A DNA stretch of 64,000 nucleotides, from positions 2,816,001 to 2,880,000 of the forward strand of contig OZ252239.1 in NCBI GenBank assembly GCA_965249485.1, given 5' to 3'. How positions within the stretch are numbered: position 1 is the stretch's first letter; every line of letters begins with the position of its first letter. Source of the stretch: a bacterium. Lineage in GTDB: Bacteria; SM23-31. The notes under the pieces are model-generated. The model was not told the DNA's origin, did no database searches, and saw only the letters and a program-made list of their open reading frames with translations. Positions 40,363-51,220 of the stretch are shown in pieces. The position numbers and the translations under genes were made by a program.

Positions 40363-41874
40363 TCAGTAAAGACCCAACAACGGTACGGCAACAAATAATA
40401 TTGTCACTGTGATAACGATTGCTCCAAGAATATTAATTACTATGCCGGCTTTTACCATATCAACCATATTTATTTTACCTGAGCTGAACACGATAGCATT
40501 CGGTGGTGTTGCTACCGGCAGCATAAATGCACATGAGGCTGACAAAGTCGCAGGAATCATTAGAAGGTAAGGATGAAGTCCTACACCTGAAGCAAGACCT
40601 CCCATAATCGGCATAAAAAGTGACGCTGTTGCAGTATTTGAAGTGATTTCTGTTAAGAAAGTTACGAGCAGCGCAATCGTGAGCACAAATAGCCAGACCG
40701 GAACTCCCTGTAGTGCTGCAAGATTACTTCCTAACCATTCTGAAAGGCCAGAAGTGCTAAAACCTTTGGCCAATGCAATACCGCCGCCGAATAGTATGAG
40801 TATTCCCCAGGGAATTTGCTGTGCTTCCTTCCATGTTAACAGAAAGTCGTTTAATTTCCGATCTACGGGGATAATAAATAATAAAAGTGCCGCCGTAATC
40901 GCAACTGTTGCATCATTGATATATTCAGGATGCTCAAACAAGCGCGACCAACCCGAAACAGTTACTGATCCGATTATAATGTCCTTTCGGAAAATCCATC
41001 CTGCTGCTGTGGCAAGAAATACTGCAAGCACCTTCTTTTCGTCTCTTTGCATCGATCCGAGTTCATTTCTTTTCTCCACTAATAGTTCCTGCGCTGACGA
41101 CATATCTACTTTGGGAATTTTAATGATAATCTGTGTTAGCAAAATCCACGTAGAGGCAAGCAGTACGATGGATATTGGTAAAGCCATAAGTAACCACTCC
41201 AGGAAATTGATCTGCGGCAAATCCGGAAAGAGTGAAACCGCAGCACCGGCAAAAATTATATTCGGTGGTGTTCCTATCAGTGTTGTTATATCACCAATAC
41301 TTGCACTGTAAGCAATCGCAAGCATGAGCGCAGTGCCCAAATTCCGAAAATCATTATTCTTTGCACCCGGCAAAGCATTGACTGCAATGATTGTCGCAAT
41401 TCCAATGGGCAACATAATGAGGGAAGTCGCAGTATTTGATATCCACATCGAAAGAAATGCAGTCGCCACCATAAATCCAAGAATAATCCGGCGCAAATTT
41501 TTCCCAATGTATGAAATGATCGCATAAGCAATACGCAAATGCAGTCCGCACTTTTCCATTGCAGCGGCAAGTAGAAATCCTCCAAAGAAGAGATAAATAT
41601 TACTATCACCGTATGAAGAAGCTGTTGTGGTAATGCTCTGGATACCTAACAATGGGAAAAGGACAAGTGGAACTAAAGCTGTGGCAGAAATTGAAATTGC
41701 CTCGGTCAACCATAAAGTAGCCATAAGAACCGCAACAGCTCCAGTATAATATGCTTCCGATGGCATACTTGATGGAGTGGGCAACACAACCAATATAACG
41801 AATATAATGGGACCTGCAAACAGTCCGAATTTCCGTCTAAATGAACCGGTTTCTTTTACTGTAGCGGTTTTCAT
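40363..41874 (-). CDS. DASS (SLC13) sodium:di/tricarboxylate symporter
   Basis: Two SNT motifs, IGTPPN and FMLPVATPPNAIV. Confidence 0.92.
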   Translation of the reverse strand: MKTATVKETGSFRRKFGLFAGPIIFVILVVLPTPSSMPSEAYYTGAVAVLMATLWLTEAISISATALVPLVLFPLLGIQSITTTASSYGDSNIYLFFGGFLLAAAMEKCGLHLRIAYAIISYIGKNLRRIILGFMVATAFLSMWISNTATSLIMLPIGIATIIAVNALPGAKNNDFRNLGTALMLAIAYSASIGDITTLIGTPPNIIFAGAAVSLFPDLPQINFLEWLLMALPISIVLLASTWILLTQIIIKIPKVDMSSAQELLVEKRNELGSMQRDEKKVLAVFLATAAGWIFRKDIIIGSVTVSGWSRLFEHPEYINDATVAITAALLLFIIPVDRKLNDFLLTWKEAQQIPWGILILFGGGIALAKGFSTSGLSEWLGSNLAALQGVPVWLFVLTIALLVTFLTEITSNTATASLFMPIMGGLASGVGLHPYLLMIPATLSASCAFMLPVATPPNAIVFSSGKINMVDMVKAGIVINILGAIVITVTILFVAVPLLGLY

Positions 41875-42016
41875 TCTTTTAAATAGAGTTTCGCACGGTT
41901 TTTTTCTTTTTTAATAATGTATAAACTACGTCATCAGTAATTAAGTTACGTATAACATTGTCAATACCGGGCGCAAAAACATTTTCTATCATGCTTCTTT
42001 TCGATTGAGCAATAAA

Positions 42017-42042
42017 AAAGCAGGACATTACTGCCCTGCTTT
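42017..42042 (-). terminator. Intrinsic terminator after the molybdoenzyme operon
   Basis: aaagcagg-N10-cctgcttt with a T-tract on the minus strand. Confidence 0.65.
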
Positions 42043-42068
42043 CTCAAAAATACATATTTACATACTAA

Positions 42069-43043
42069 TTATACCAATTCCAGAATCGCCCGTTTGACGA
42101 TATTTTTGAATAGTTGCACTTTATATTCGTTTTTCGTCATTGCTTTACTGCCGTATACTGATGCTTCCGCAGCTGCAGACGCTACCGATTCTGTAATCGT
42201 TTTACCTTCCAGTTCCTGTTCTGCCTGTACAGCCCGCCACGGAACCGGAGCCGCGGCACCTAGTACGACTCGGGCTTTTCGGCATCTGTCACCGTCGAAC
42301 ATTAAGCTGACTGCGACACTTGCTACGGCAAAATCCCAGACTTCGCGTTCCTGAATCTTAATAAAGGTACTTTTTGTTGTCTGACTGGGAATTGGAATAG
42401 AAAACTCTGTAACAATCTCACCCGGTTTTAATATGTTTTCTCTGTTCGGGTCAACCTCAGGCAGAACAAAAAAGTCGTTAATCGCAACTGTTTTCTCACC
42501 ACCTGAATGAGCAATTTTCACTTCGGCATCAAATGCAGTCAGACCTACTGCCGTATCGGATGGGTGAACAATATAACATCGGTAACCACCCAATATAGCA
42601 TGATATTTGTTTTCACCTGCAATCGAATAACAGCGCGGTCCACCCTTTCGGAGGCAGTCAACTTCCGAATCGCGGTAATACCAGCACCGGGGCCTTTGGC
42701 ATACATTACCTCCAACTGTACCCATATTTCGGAGTTGGGGGCTGGCAACAAGCCTTGCAGCTTTGGAAAGAGCCGGGAAGTGCTCTATGATTAATGGATC
42801 ATTTTCCACTGTAGAGATTGTTGATAAAGCACCAATTTTGATGCTACCACCACTATTTCGGATATAGTTAAGATCAGCGATATCCTTGAGGTTTACAACC
42901 TTTTCCGGTGAATAGATATAGTCCTTCATCTCACCAATAAGATCCGTACCACCACTCATAACAGCCGCACTGTCCCAGTTTGGCCCGAGTGCCGCAATTG
43001 CATCCTTGATGGATTGCGCTCGAATAAAGGTAAAGTTTTTCAT
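42069..43043 (-). CDS. Xanthine dehydrogenase family FAD subunit (PaoB/YagS-like, with Cys insert)
   Basis: SGGTDL, ASPQLRNMGTVGGN, CQRPRCWYYR...C...GG..C and HPSD. Confidence 0.9.
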   Translation of the reverse strand: MKNFTFIRAQSIKDAIAALGPNWDSAAVMSGGTDLIGEMKDYIYSPEKVVNLKDIADLNYIRNSGGSIKIGALSTISTVENDPLIIEHFPALSKAARLVASPQLRNMGTVGGNVCQRPRCWYYRDSEVDCLRKGGPRCYSIAGENKYHAILGGYRCYIVHPSDTAVGLTAFDAEVKIAHSGGEKTVAINDFFVLPEVDPNRENILKPGEIVTEFSIPIPSQTTKSTFIKIQEREVWDFAVASVAVSLMFDGDRCRKARVVLGAAAPVPWRAVQAEQELEGKTITESVASAAAEASVYGSKAMTKNEYKVQLFKNIVKRAILELV

Positions 43044-45334
43044 TAGTCACTCTCCTTTCGTGCAGCTAATCCGTCAAGTATCTTATCGGGAGTAATCGGT
43101 AAGTCTCTGACCCGTACACCGATTGCATTATATACAGCATTCGCTAGCGCAGCAGCAAAACCTACGCGGGGCGGTTCTCCCAGTCCTTTTATACCGAGAT
43201 TATTTCTATAAGGATCGACAATATCGACAAATACCACATCGATTTCGGGCGCATCCTGAGAAGTGATTACTTTATAGTCGTGCATGTTCGGATTCGCTAT
43301 TCGTCCGGTGTAATTGTCCATAATCCGTTCTTCCAGCAAGGAATAGCTGAGCGCTTGATTGACACCTCCGATAACCTGATTTCTAGCGGTCAACGGATTC
43401 AGTATTCTTCCGGAATCGTGGACAGCAACAACTTTGATAACCTTCACTTGTCCTGTCTCGGTATCAACTTCGACCTCGCAGAAATTCACACCAAATGTGT
43501 TTCCGGCATATTCTTTTGGATTCTCTCCACGTCGGCCTTCCGCATAAACTTTATCCTCTGGCATTAGCGCCGCTGCCTCTTTAAAATCCATACCTGAAGT
43601 GGTATTATTTTTCACTCGAATCCGCCCATTGACCGCTTCAAGATCTTCGGGCTCAACACCTAACCGGTCTGCGGCAACAGGAAAGAGCTTTTTTACAGCT
43701 TCCATAACTCCGTTTCGTACTGCAGGACAAACCGATGCAGCCGTATTGCTTCCACCGCTTCCTTCACCTGGCGGAAAATAGGAATCACCGATTTGAATGT
43801 TTATGTCTTCAACATTCACACCAAGTTCCTCTGCCGCAACCTGAGCCATTACCGTTCTTGTCCCGGTTCCGACATCCTGTGTTCCGCATCGGACATTCAC
43901 TGATCCATCTTTGAAGATTTCAACCAGAACTACCGAGCCAGGATGACCACCTGCACCCCACTGGAGACAGCCGAGTCCAAGACCGCTTTTTTTAACTCCG
44001 GCATCACTGCCAGGATTTCTTCTGCGGCGTGACCACTCGATTTTCTCAGCACCAATTGCATAACATTGGAGCAGGCCATTGCTGGAATAGGGTAGCCCCG
44101 TTCCTCCTCCACTCTTATCAGTATAGTTTTTCCTTCTGAATTCCAGAGGATCCATGCCGACCGCTTCGGCAGCTTCGTCAATAAGGCTTTCAAATCCAAA
44201 AAATGCCTGGACATGGCCTGGCGCTCGGGTAGGCATACCGCCACCAGTATTTGTGTAGACCGATGTGCTCTTTGTGCTCAGATTCGCACATCTGTACATT
44301 TCACTTGCTGCGGAAGTAAGCCGATCGCCGCCTCGAGTGTATCCGCCGCTGGTAAATCCTTCGAGTTGGATGCCAGTAATTGTTCCGTCATTTTTGAAAC
44401 CAATTTTGTAACTTTGACTGGAACTCGGACGATTACCCGTATCGAGACACTCTTCGTATCGGTCGAGGATCATTCTGACCGGTGCTTTTGCCATTTTTGA
44501 TAGTCGGAGCGCAGGAGGCATATGACTATTGATACCGAGCTTACTCCCAAATCCGCCTCCAAGATGCTGACATATAACTCGGATGTTTTTTTCGGTAATT
44601 TGTTCGTCAGGATACTCACGTCGTAACCATTCAACTAATTCTTGAGGGGTTTCATAAACAACTTGTGTGGATGTGTATATCAGTATTTCGTTATCTTTCC
44701 AGTGGACAACACTCCCGTGTGCTTCGAGTGGATTATGCAGTTCGACTTGTGTAGAATACGCCGCCTCGACAATTTTATCTGCATTATTGAATCCTTGTTC
44801 CACATTACCTCGTGCATCCTCCCGTATTCTACCCAAGTTACCGTCGTCATGGATTTTCTCTGCGTTACTCCGCATTGCACGGTCCATATTGACAACATGA
44901 GGGAGCTGCTGATATCCGACAGTAATAGCCCGGATGGCATCATCTGCAGCTCCGGGAGAATCAGCGGCAACAGCAGCTATGATTTCACCCTGAAAATTAA
45001 CTTGTTCACTGTTCTCGATAACGGCTGCTCTTACTCCTGGCATTTGTTGTGCCTTGCTTATGTCAACATTGGTAATAGTTGCACGTGCATGAGGACTTCG
45101 CAAGAGCCTTCCATACAGCATACCAGGAAGCTGCACATCAGTGGTATACTCGGCATTTCCGGTTACTTTATCTAATGCTTCGATTCTCGTAAGCGGTTTA
45201 CCAATTATTTCAAATTCTTCATCCGCAATATGAGGGGCTTCGGAGCCGGGAAGAATGACCTCAATTACTTTAAATTCGCCTTCACGTTCATGTATCGTTT
45301 TGACACGTTTTGCAAAATAATTTGTCGTTTCCAT
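43043..45334 (-). CDS. Xanthine dehydrogenase family molybdopterin subunit (PaoC/YagR-like)
   Basis: Motifs GGGFGSK, RAPG, QDVGTG and KGLGEP. Confidence 0.92.
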   Translation of the reverse strand: METTNYFAKRVKTIHEREGEFKVIEVILPGSEAPHIADEEFEIIGKPLTRIEALDKVTGNAEYTTDVQLPGMLYGRLLRSPHARATITNVDISKAQQMPGVRAAVIENSEQVNFQGEIIAAVAADSPGAADDAIRAITVGYQQLPHVVNMDRAMRSNAEKIHDDGNLGRIREDARGNVEQGFNNADKIVEAAYSTQVELHNPLEAHGSVVHWKDNEILIYTSTQVVYETPQELVEWLRREYPDEQITEKNIRVICQHLGGGFGSKLGINSHMPPALRLSKMAKAPVRMILDRYEECLDTGNRPSSSQSYKIGFKNDGTITGIQLEGFTSGGYTRGGDRLTSAASEMYRCANLSTKSTSVYTNTGGGMPTRAPGHVQAFFGFESLIDEAAEAVGMDPLEFRRKNYTDKSGGGTGLPYSSNGLLQCYAIGAEKIEWSRRRRNPGSDAGVKKSGLGLGCLQWGAGGHPGSVVLVEIFKDGSVNVRCGTQDVGTGTRTVMAQVAAEELGVNVEDINIQIGDSYFPPGEGSGGSNTAASVCPAVRNGVMEAVKKLFPVAADRLGVEPEDLEAVNGRIRVKNNTTSGMDFKEAAALMPEDKVYAEGRRGENPKEYAGNTFGVNFCEVEVDTETGQVKVIKVVAVHDSGRILNPLTARNQVIGGVNQALSYSLLEERIMDNYTGRIANPNMHDYKVITSQDAPEIDVVFVDIVDPYRNNLGIKGLGEPPRVGFAAALANAVYNAIGVRVRDLPITPDKILDGLAARKESD

Positions 45335-45339
45335 CTATC

Positions 45340-45972
45340 TCATCCCCTCCTCTCTTTTGCTGCCGCTGCTACAGCAGTAAATATGTGCTGATACGCCGCG
45401 CATCTGCAGATATTTCCCGACATACCTCTCTTAATTTCATCGAGACCCGGATTACCATTTTTCTTGAGTAACCCTTCGGCTGCTAATATCTGTCCCGGGG
45501 TACAATATCCGCATTGATAAGCATCGTGATCTATAAATGCCTGTTGAACAGAACTCAGTTTTCCATCCTTTGCCAGACCCTCAATAGTGACAATCTCTTT
45601 ACCGACCGCATCGAATGCAAGCATCATACAGGCATACATAGGTTCTCCATCCAGCAGTACGGTACATCCACCGCACTCTCCCCGGTCACAGACAACTTTT
45701 GCACCGGTCAATTTTAGTTTATTTCTCAATGTATCGGCGAGAGTTGCTCTGCTTTCTACTGACACGGACCTCGTCCGACCATTAACGCGTAAAGTTATGG
45801 TTGCTTCTGTTACACCTTCTTCCGCAAGCATTCCTTCTCGAGATTCACCGTAGGCTGACACGACACCTGGAAGGACAGATGTGGATACAACCCCTGCACC
45901 GACACCTTTAATAAAAGAGCGCCGGGTTACACCTCCAGTGTCATCCGGGAGACTATTTTTGGATTTTGACAT
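45340..45972 (-). CDS. 2Fe-2S subunit with Tat signal (PaoA/YagT-like)
   Basis: TRRSFIK twin-arginine; CDRGECGGC, QCGYCTPG and CRC. Confidence 0.92.
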   Translation of the reverse strand: MSKSKNSLPDDTGGVTRRSFIKGVGAGVVSTSVLPGVVSAYGESREGMLAEEGVTEATITLRVNGRTRSVSVESRATLADTLRNKLKLTGAKVVCDRGECGGCTVLLDGEPMYACMMLAFDAVGKEIVTIEGLAKDGKLSSVQQAFIDHDAYQCGYCTPGQILAAEGLLKKNGNPGLDEIKRGMSGNICRCAAYQHIFTAVAAAAKERRG

Positions 45973-46158
45973 ACAAAATCCTTTCATTTTGAGGGTTACA
46001 AAATAGTTTAAATATACTATTTATTCTGTGAAGAATTACTCAGTTAAGACAAGACTTTGTTACATGATTGGTGGAGAAACTTATGTAGAATATAATACAT
46101 TATATTGAAAAAAAAAAGATTTTTTGGAATGATATATGCTGATTGTAAAATTAGTGAT

Positions 46159-46554
46159 TTAATCCGCTTTATCGAATAAATCGATATGTCGGCGTCCCAT
46201 AAAACCTTCCTGAATTGGGTGCCAGTATGTAATATCATCTTCATCCAACAGCCAACACAAGTAGACCTCTTCGCCATTCGGACGGATACTCGGAAAATCT
46301 ATTAAGCCATTATCGAGACCTTTTATAAGAATACCACTATTTTCAAGCTCCTTGATTATAGCAACTATTGCCAACTCTTTGACATGGTATTGCTCACCAT
46401 TCGGTGATTTATTGCTGAAATAGTGATGCCGGTAGAGATCATAACCCAATGCATCAATTTCCTGCTTCAGATTGACTATCTTAATGACTTTCGACTGAAC
46501 ATCAGGCAGAAGTGCCCTCGCTTCTTCGAGTGTGAAATGTTTATTGTGTATCAT
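46159..46554 (-). CDS. DUF2203-like protein
   Basis: FTLEEARALLP, GLIDFPS, VYLCW and WH...GFMGR. Confidence 0.8.
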   Translation of the reverse strand: MIHNKHFTLEEARALLPDVQSKVIKIVNLKQEIDALGYDLYRHHYFSNKSPNGEQYHVKELAIVAIIKELENSGILIKGLDNGLIDFPSIRPNGEEVYLCWLLDEDDITYWHPIQEGFMGRRHIDLFDKAD

Positions 46555-46587
46555 ATATAGTATTAGAATTCAGACTACTTCTCAAAT

Positions 46588-47889
46588 TCACTTCCCGTTT
46601 GTTTCTTGTGACAGAGATTCGTAAATTATATCGACAATATGCTTTACATCGATTTTCTTTTCCAACAATTTTGATCCACGTTTCAGTTGGATCATGCAAC
46701 CGATATTTGCGGTTACGACTGTATCCACCCCGCTTTTTGAAATATTATTCATCTTTCGCTGCAAAACTTTAAGTGAAAGTTCAGGTTGTGTTATGTTGAA
46801 AGTACCGGCACTACCACAGCACATATCCGATTCATGGAGCGGTTTCAACTGTAAACCTGGAATTGCGTTCAGTATATCTCGTGGCTGTTTTGAAATCTTT
46901 TGACCATGCAGTAAATGGCAGGGGTCATCATAAACAAGTGTCTTTTGTACAGGATGAAATGTCAGTTTTTTAGATTCAGTCTCCAAAAACTCGGAAATAT
47001 CCAGAACTTTTTTGGAAAACGCAACAGCTTTTCCAGAATATTCAGGATCATTGGCGAGCAAAGCAGTGTATTCTTTCATCATTGCACCGCATCCTGCCGC
47101 ATTGACAAGAATTGTATCCACTTGTGTCCTTTCAAATGCATCGATAACATCTTTGGCAAATTGTGACGCAGCATCAGTTTTTCCGCTATGCATATGGACC
47201 GCTCCGCAGCAGTGTATTGCTTCAGGAATGACAACGTGGTAACCACATGTATTAATAATTTGTATTGTGTTTCTGTTTGACTCCGGTTCAATATAATCCA
47301 TAACACAACCCCGCAGTAACCCAACTTTTTTGTTTCCTATTTTTTGGTTAATCATACCATTATCCGACTCACTCAGCTTATGGAATCCCACAATATCAGG
47401 CATAAATGATTCTGATAGAGCAACTTTCTTCGGAAACAGATTGAGCACTCGGGTAATGCGAACAAGTTTCTGTAGACCTGATCTCTGGTAAAACTTGAGT
47501 AATCTGAAAATGAAGTCCAGCCGTCCGGGATGGGGAAATATATGATTGAGTATAATATCCTGAGTGATTCGAGTAAACAGCGGCGTTGGCATATCCTTTT
47601 GAATCAGCTTTTGTGCTGTATCAAATATTTCATGATATTGAATACCTGCTGGACATGCTGTTTCGCAGCAGCGGCAAGCCAGACAGAGGTCAAAGTGTTT
47701 TTTGAATGCATCGCCGACATCCTGCCTGCCGTCAGCGACAAGTTTTGTTAAAAATATTCTCCCCCTGGGCGAGTCCATCTCTGTACCCATAACAGCATAA
47801 CTCGGGCATTTAGGCAGACATAATCCACAATGGACGCAGTCCTGCAACAAACGATAATCTATCAAACTTTTTACTGGTTTTGATTCCAT
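46588..47889 (-). CDS. glcF: Glycolate oxidase Fe-S subunit
   Basis: CVHCGLCLPKCP, CLACRCCETACP and two CCG domains. Confidence 0.88.
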   Translation of the reverse strand: MESKPVKSLIDYRLLQDCVHCGLCLPKCPSYAVMGTEMDSPRGRIFLTKLVADGRQDVGDAFKKHFDLCLACRCCETACPAGIQYHEIFDTAQKLIQKDMPTPLFTRITQDIILNHIFPHPGRLDFIFRLLKFYQRSGLQKLVRITRVLNLFPKKVALSESFMPDIVGFHKLSESDNGMINQKIGNKKVGLLRGCVMDYIEPESNRNTIQIINTCGYHVVIPEAIHCCGAVHMHSGKTDAASQFAKDVIDAFERTQVDTILVNAAGCGAMMKEYTALLANDPEYSGKAVAFSKKVLDISEFLETESKKLTFHPVQKTLVYDDPCHLLHGQKISKQPRDILNAIPGLQLKPLHESDMCCGSAGTFNITQPELSLKVLQRKMNNISKSGVDTVVTANIGCMIQLKRGSKLLEKKIDVKHIVDIIYESLSQETNGK

Positions 47890-47920
47890 AATTAAAATTA
47901 ATTGTATGCAATTATGCAAT

Positions 47921-49261
47921 TCAATCAAGTAAACTAATATATCGTTCCGGATTCAAGATGTTATTCGGATCAAATTGCTTTTTGATTTTTTTCATCAGCT
48001 TTGCCCCCGGCAAACCGTCCCAGACAGGAAAATTACTCCTCACATGCAGCGGTGCCCTCTCAAGTATGAATACACACCTTCCTTGATCTGTATAGTCTCC
48101 CAGAGACTGCAATGCTTTGAGACAACCTTGTTCATTATCCTGCATATCATTCTCATGCATACCAATATGGGTTATTCCGCTACCGGGAAAAGAAGCAATT
48201 TCAAATTGTGTTCCGTTTTCCGTTCCGATTTGTTCAGCAATTTCGATAAGCTCAAAGGTCCCTGTTCTACTTGAAATTATTTTCACAATAATTCCGGGAT
48301 AAGTGTTAGAAAAGTGATCTCTGAGAGCAGTTCTTGTATTGTTGGCGATCTTTTCATCCAACGATTCAAAATGAATTGATGGAGATTTCGTGCAGGATTC
48401 TTTTATTTTTTGTTCCTGCCAATTCGCAGTTGCTTCGATGCCATCAACACCAACAAGAAACATGAATTCGCACTCCGAAGACAGCTGTGCTGCTAGTAGA
48501 AACATCCTTCCGGCTGCTTTTGCATTTAATATTGCAAGAAATGTTGGCGCAAAATATGAGTCCAGTATAGAAAATGCCGCAAGACGTGCTGCAGAAAGAG
48601 ATTTGAAACCTGCTGATATTGTTTTTGTATCTTCCGGAAGAGGTTTTACCCGAAAGGCTGCTTCGGTTATTACTCCAAGCGTCCCCCACGATCCGATCAT
48701 GAGTTTTGTAAGATCATATCCTGCAACATTTTTCGCGACTTTGCCACCACCTTTGACTGGAGAACCATCTGCACGTACAAACCGGATACCAAGGGTCATA
48801 TCACGTGCTGATCCATAATATTCCCGATGAAATCCATATCCATTGGAGACAAGTGTTCCCCCAACGGTGGCTCTATCAGGATGAGGTGGATTGAGTGGAA
48901 TAAACTGCCCATGATCCGCCAAAGAAGCATTGAGCTTTTCGATTGTCATCCCTGCTTCAGTAATAACCGTGAGGTCAGCCGGTTCATATTCTTTGATACT
49001 ATTAAGCCCGTTTAAATTAAGAGCAGCAGTATAAGATCCGGGTGCATAACCGAAATCCATTCGAGTCCCACCACCCCATGGACACACGCAACCACCATTA
49101 TTATGTGCCTCTTGCAGAATAGCACATACCTGCTCTTCCGAATCAGGTGATATAACAATTTCAGGAGTTAAATCATCAATTTTATATAGGTCAGTATTCT
49201 TACGGCTAATAATTGAGCTGCTATTTAACCGCGTTGTTACCGCTTCAATAAATTTTTGCAT
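47921..49261 (-). CDS. glcE: Glycolate oxidase FAD subunit
   Basis: Motifs GGKVAKNVAGYDL, GTLGVI and FDP.NILNP. Confidence 0.85.
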   Translation of the reverse strand: MQKFIEAVTTRLNSSSIISRKNTDLYKIDDLTPEIVISPDSEEQVCAILQEAHNNGGCVCPWGGGTRMDFGYAPGSYTAALNLNGLNSIKEYEPADLTVITEAGMTIEKLNASLADHGQFIPLNPPHPDRATVGGTLVSNGYGFHREYYGSARDMTLGIRFVRADGSPVKGGGKVAKNVAGYDLTKLMIGSWGTLGVITEAAFRVKPLPEDTKTISAGFKSLSAARLAAFSILDSYFAPTFLAILNAKAAGRMFLLAAQLSSECEFMFLVGVDGIEATANWQEQKIKESCTKSPSIHFESLDEKIANNTRTALRDHFSNTYPGIIVKIISSRTGTFELIEIAEQIGTENGTQFEIASFPGSGITHIGMHENDMQDNEQGCLKALQSLGDYTDQGRCVFILERAPLHVRSNFPVWDGLPGAKLMKKIKKQFDPNNILNPERYISLLD

Positions 49262-49317
49262 TTACTTTTACACGTATGAACAATTTCCAACCTGATTTCG
49301 CATTCCAGCTGATAATT

Positions 49318-50745
49318 TTAACATCCCTCGATTTTCCTTGGCGTACGGATTTCAAGACAAGTTCGCGATGTTGGAAAAATTTTACCCGGATTAAGTTTTC
49401 CGGTTGGATTAAATATCTGTTTGAGATCGGTCATATATTGTAGATCGTGCTCGGTAAATATCCACGGCATATAGTCTTTCTTCTCACTTCCAATTCCGTG
49501 TTCACCTGATATCGTCCCGCCCAGATCGACACATGCTTTCAAAATTTCGGCCGCAGCTTGCTTTATGATGTCCACCGATCCCGGTATAGTGTCATCATAC
49601 ATCATACAGGGGTGAATGTTTCCGTCCCCAGCATGAAAAGCATTTGCAATGCGAATTCCGTATTTTTTGCCGACACTATATATAACTTTTAAAATATCCG
49701 GCAGCTTTGTTCTTGGTACGACACCATCCTGTGTATAATAACAAGGACTGATTGTACCGATTGCCCCGAAAGCGTGTTTCCGGGCAATCCAAAGCTTTGC
49801 CCGTTCCTCCTCTGAAGTTGCATAGTCGATACTTCTCACATTATACGTGCGGGTAAGCTCAATAACACGCTGTTTGAGTGTCTCCATGCCTGCATTCGGG
49901 CCGTCAAACTCTATTATCAATACCGCCCCCGCATCTTCGGGAAGACTGAGGCCAAAAGCATTATTGACTGCTTCAATGAAGACTGTGTCAATCATTTCGA
50001 GTGCAGCAGGCGATAATCCTGCCTCCAACATTCCCGATATTGAATGAGTAGCGTCATCAACCGAATCGAATATTGCACAGAACGTCAAATAGGACTCAGG
50101 CAATCTGATCAGTTTAACAATAATCTTTGTTACAATTGCAAAGGTACCTTCCGATCCATTTAAGATACCCACAAGATCATATCCGGGTGTTTCCGAATAC
50201 TTCCCTCCAATAGTGACAACTTCACCGTCATGCAGTACAATCTCTAAACCCAAGACATTATTGACAGTTACTCCGTACTTCATTGTATGGGGTCCACCGG
50301 CATTTTCCGCAACGTTACCACCGATTGTACACGCCTGTTGGCTCGATGGATCTGGTGCGAAAAAGTAACCGTCATCTTCTACAGCTTGGCTAATCCATAT
50401 ATTGACAACTCCCGGCTCGACTACTGCATACCTGTTCGGCACATCGATTTGGAGAATTCTATTCATCTGTGTCAAAGATATAATAAATCCGCCACCTATC
50501 GGAAGACATCCTCCACTGAGTCCGGTCCCTGTTCCTCGTGGTACGAACGGCACATCTGATTTGTGGAGCACTGTGACTATTGCCGAAACTTCTTCAGTAG
50601 AATGCGGGAGAAATACTGCCCAAGGAATGGCCTTCCCAATCGTAAATCCATCACTCTCGTAGACCATGAGTTCATCGGGATCGGTAATGATCCGGTCTTT
50701 TCCGATAATGCGCTGAATCTGTTTAATAATGGATTTATGTTTCAT
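49318..50745 (-). CDS. glcD: Glycolate oxidase subunit
   Basis: Motifs PRGTGTGLSGG, APDPSS, HAGDGNIHP and SGEHGIG. Confidence 0.9.
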   Translation of the reverse strand: MKHKSIIKQIQRIIGKDRIITDPDELMVYESDGFTIGKAIPWAVFLPHSTEEVSAIVTVLHKSDVPFVPRGTGTGLSGGCLPIGGGFIISLTQMNRILQIDVPNRYAVVEPGVVNIWISQAVEDDGYFFAPDPSSQQACTIGGNVAENAGGPHTMKYGVTVNNVLGLEIVLHDGEVVTIGGKYSETPGYDLVGILNGSEGTFAIVTKIIVKLIRLPESYLTFCAIFDSVDDATHSISGMLEAGLSPAALEMIDTVFIEAVNNAFGLSLPEDAGAVLIIEFDGPNAGMETLKQRVIELTRTYNVRSIDYATSEEERAKLWIARKHAFGAIGTISPCYYTQDGVVPRTKLPDILKVIYSVGKKYGIRIANAFHAGDGNIHPCMMYDDTIPGSVDIIKQAAAEILKACVDLGGTISGEHGIGSEKKDYMPWIFTEHDLQYMTDLKQIFNPTGKLNPGKIFPTSRTCLEIRTPRKIEGC

Positions 50746-51060
50746 AATCTAAGTTTGAGATGTCTATACATCGGAACAGTTGAGCACTAACGTATAATAT
50801 ACGATAAAAACGGTTTTTTCTCAAGGACAGAAACTAAAAGTAGGGATGGAACCGGAGAGCGGTCGATTAGTGAAAATAACTTTTATGTTCTACGAGAGAA
50901 ATATGATTGTTGTATTAAATCGATCTACTTCACATAATGTTTTTGTACAAATCTTTGGCATTAAATCTAATCTATTACTTTATATTAATTATGTATAGTG
51001 TTATTTTATAATATGTTATCGATATTCTAAAAAGCTGTGATGATTATTGTTGCTAAACTA

Positions 51061-51204
51061 CTATGATGAGCTTGATTCCAATTTGCGTTTCAACTGATCG
51101 ATCTCTTCAAAGAGTTTTTTCTGCTTCTTATGAAGAGAAAAAATGTACCCTGATAGCATAATCCAAATTACCATGTAGGTCGTAAACAAATAATTCATAC
51201 TCAT
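51061..51204 (-). CDS. ccmD: CcmD-like heme exporter small subunit (47 aa, absent from the ORF track)
   Basis: MSMNYLFTTYMVIWIMLSGYIFSLHKKQKKLFEEIDQLKRKLESSSS directly after ccmC. Confidence 0.8.
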   Translation of the reverse strand: MSMNYLFTTYMVIWIMLSGYIFSLHKKQKKLFEEIDQLKRKLESSSS

Positions 51205-51220
51205 ATATTTACCTTAATAT

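Noticed and set aside
40643..41311. 222-aa plus-strand ORF
   Set aside because: Antisense to the DASS transporter, with no motifs of its own.
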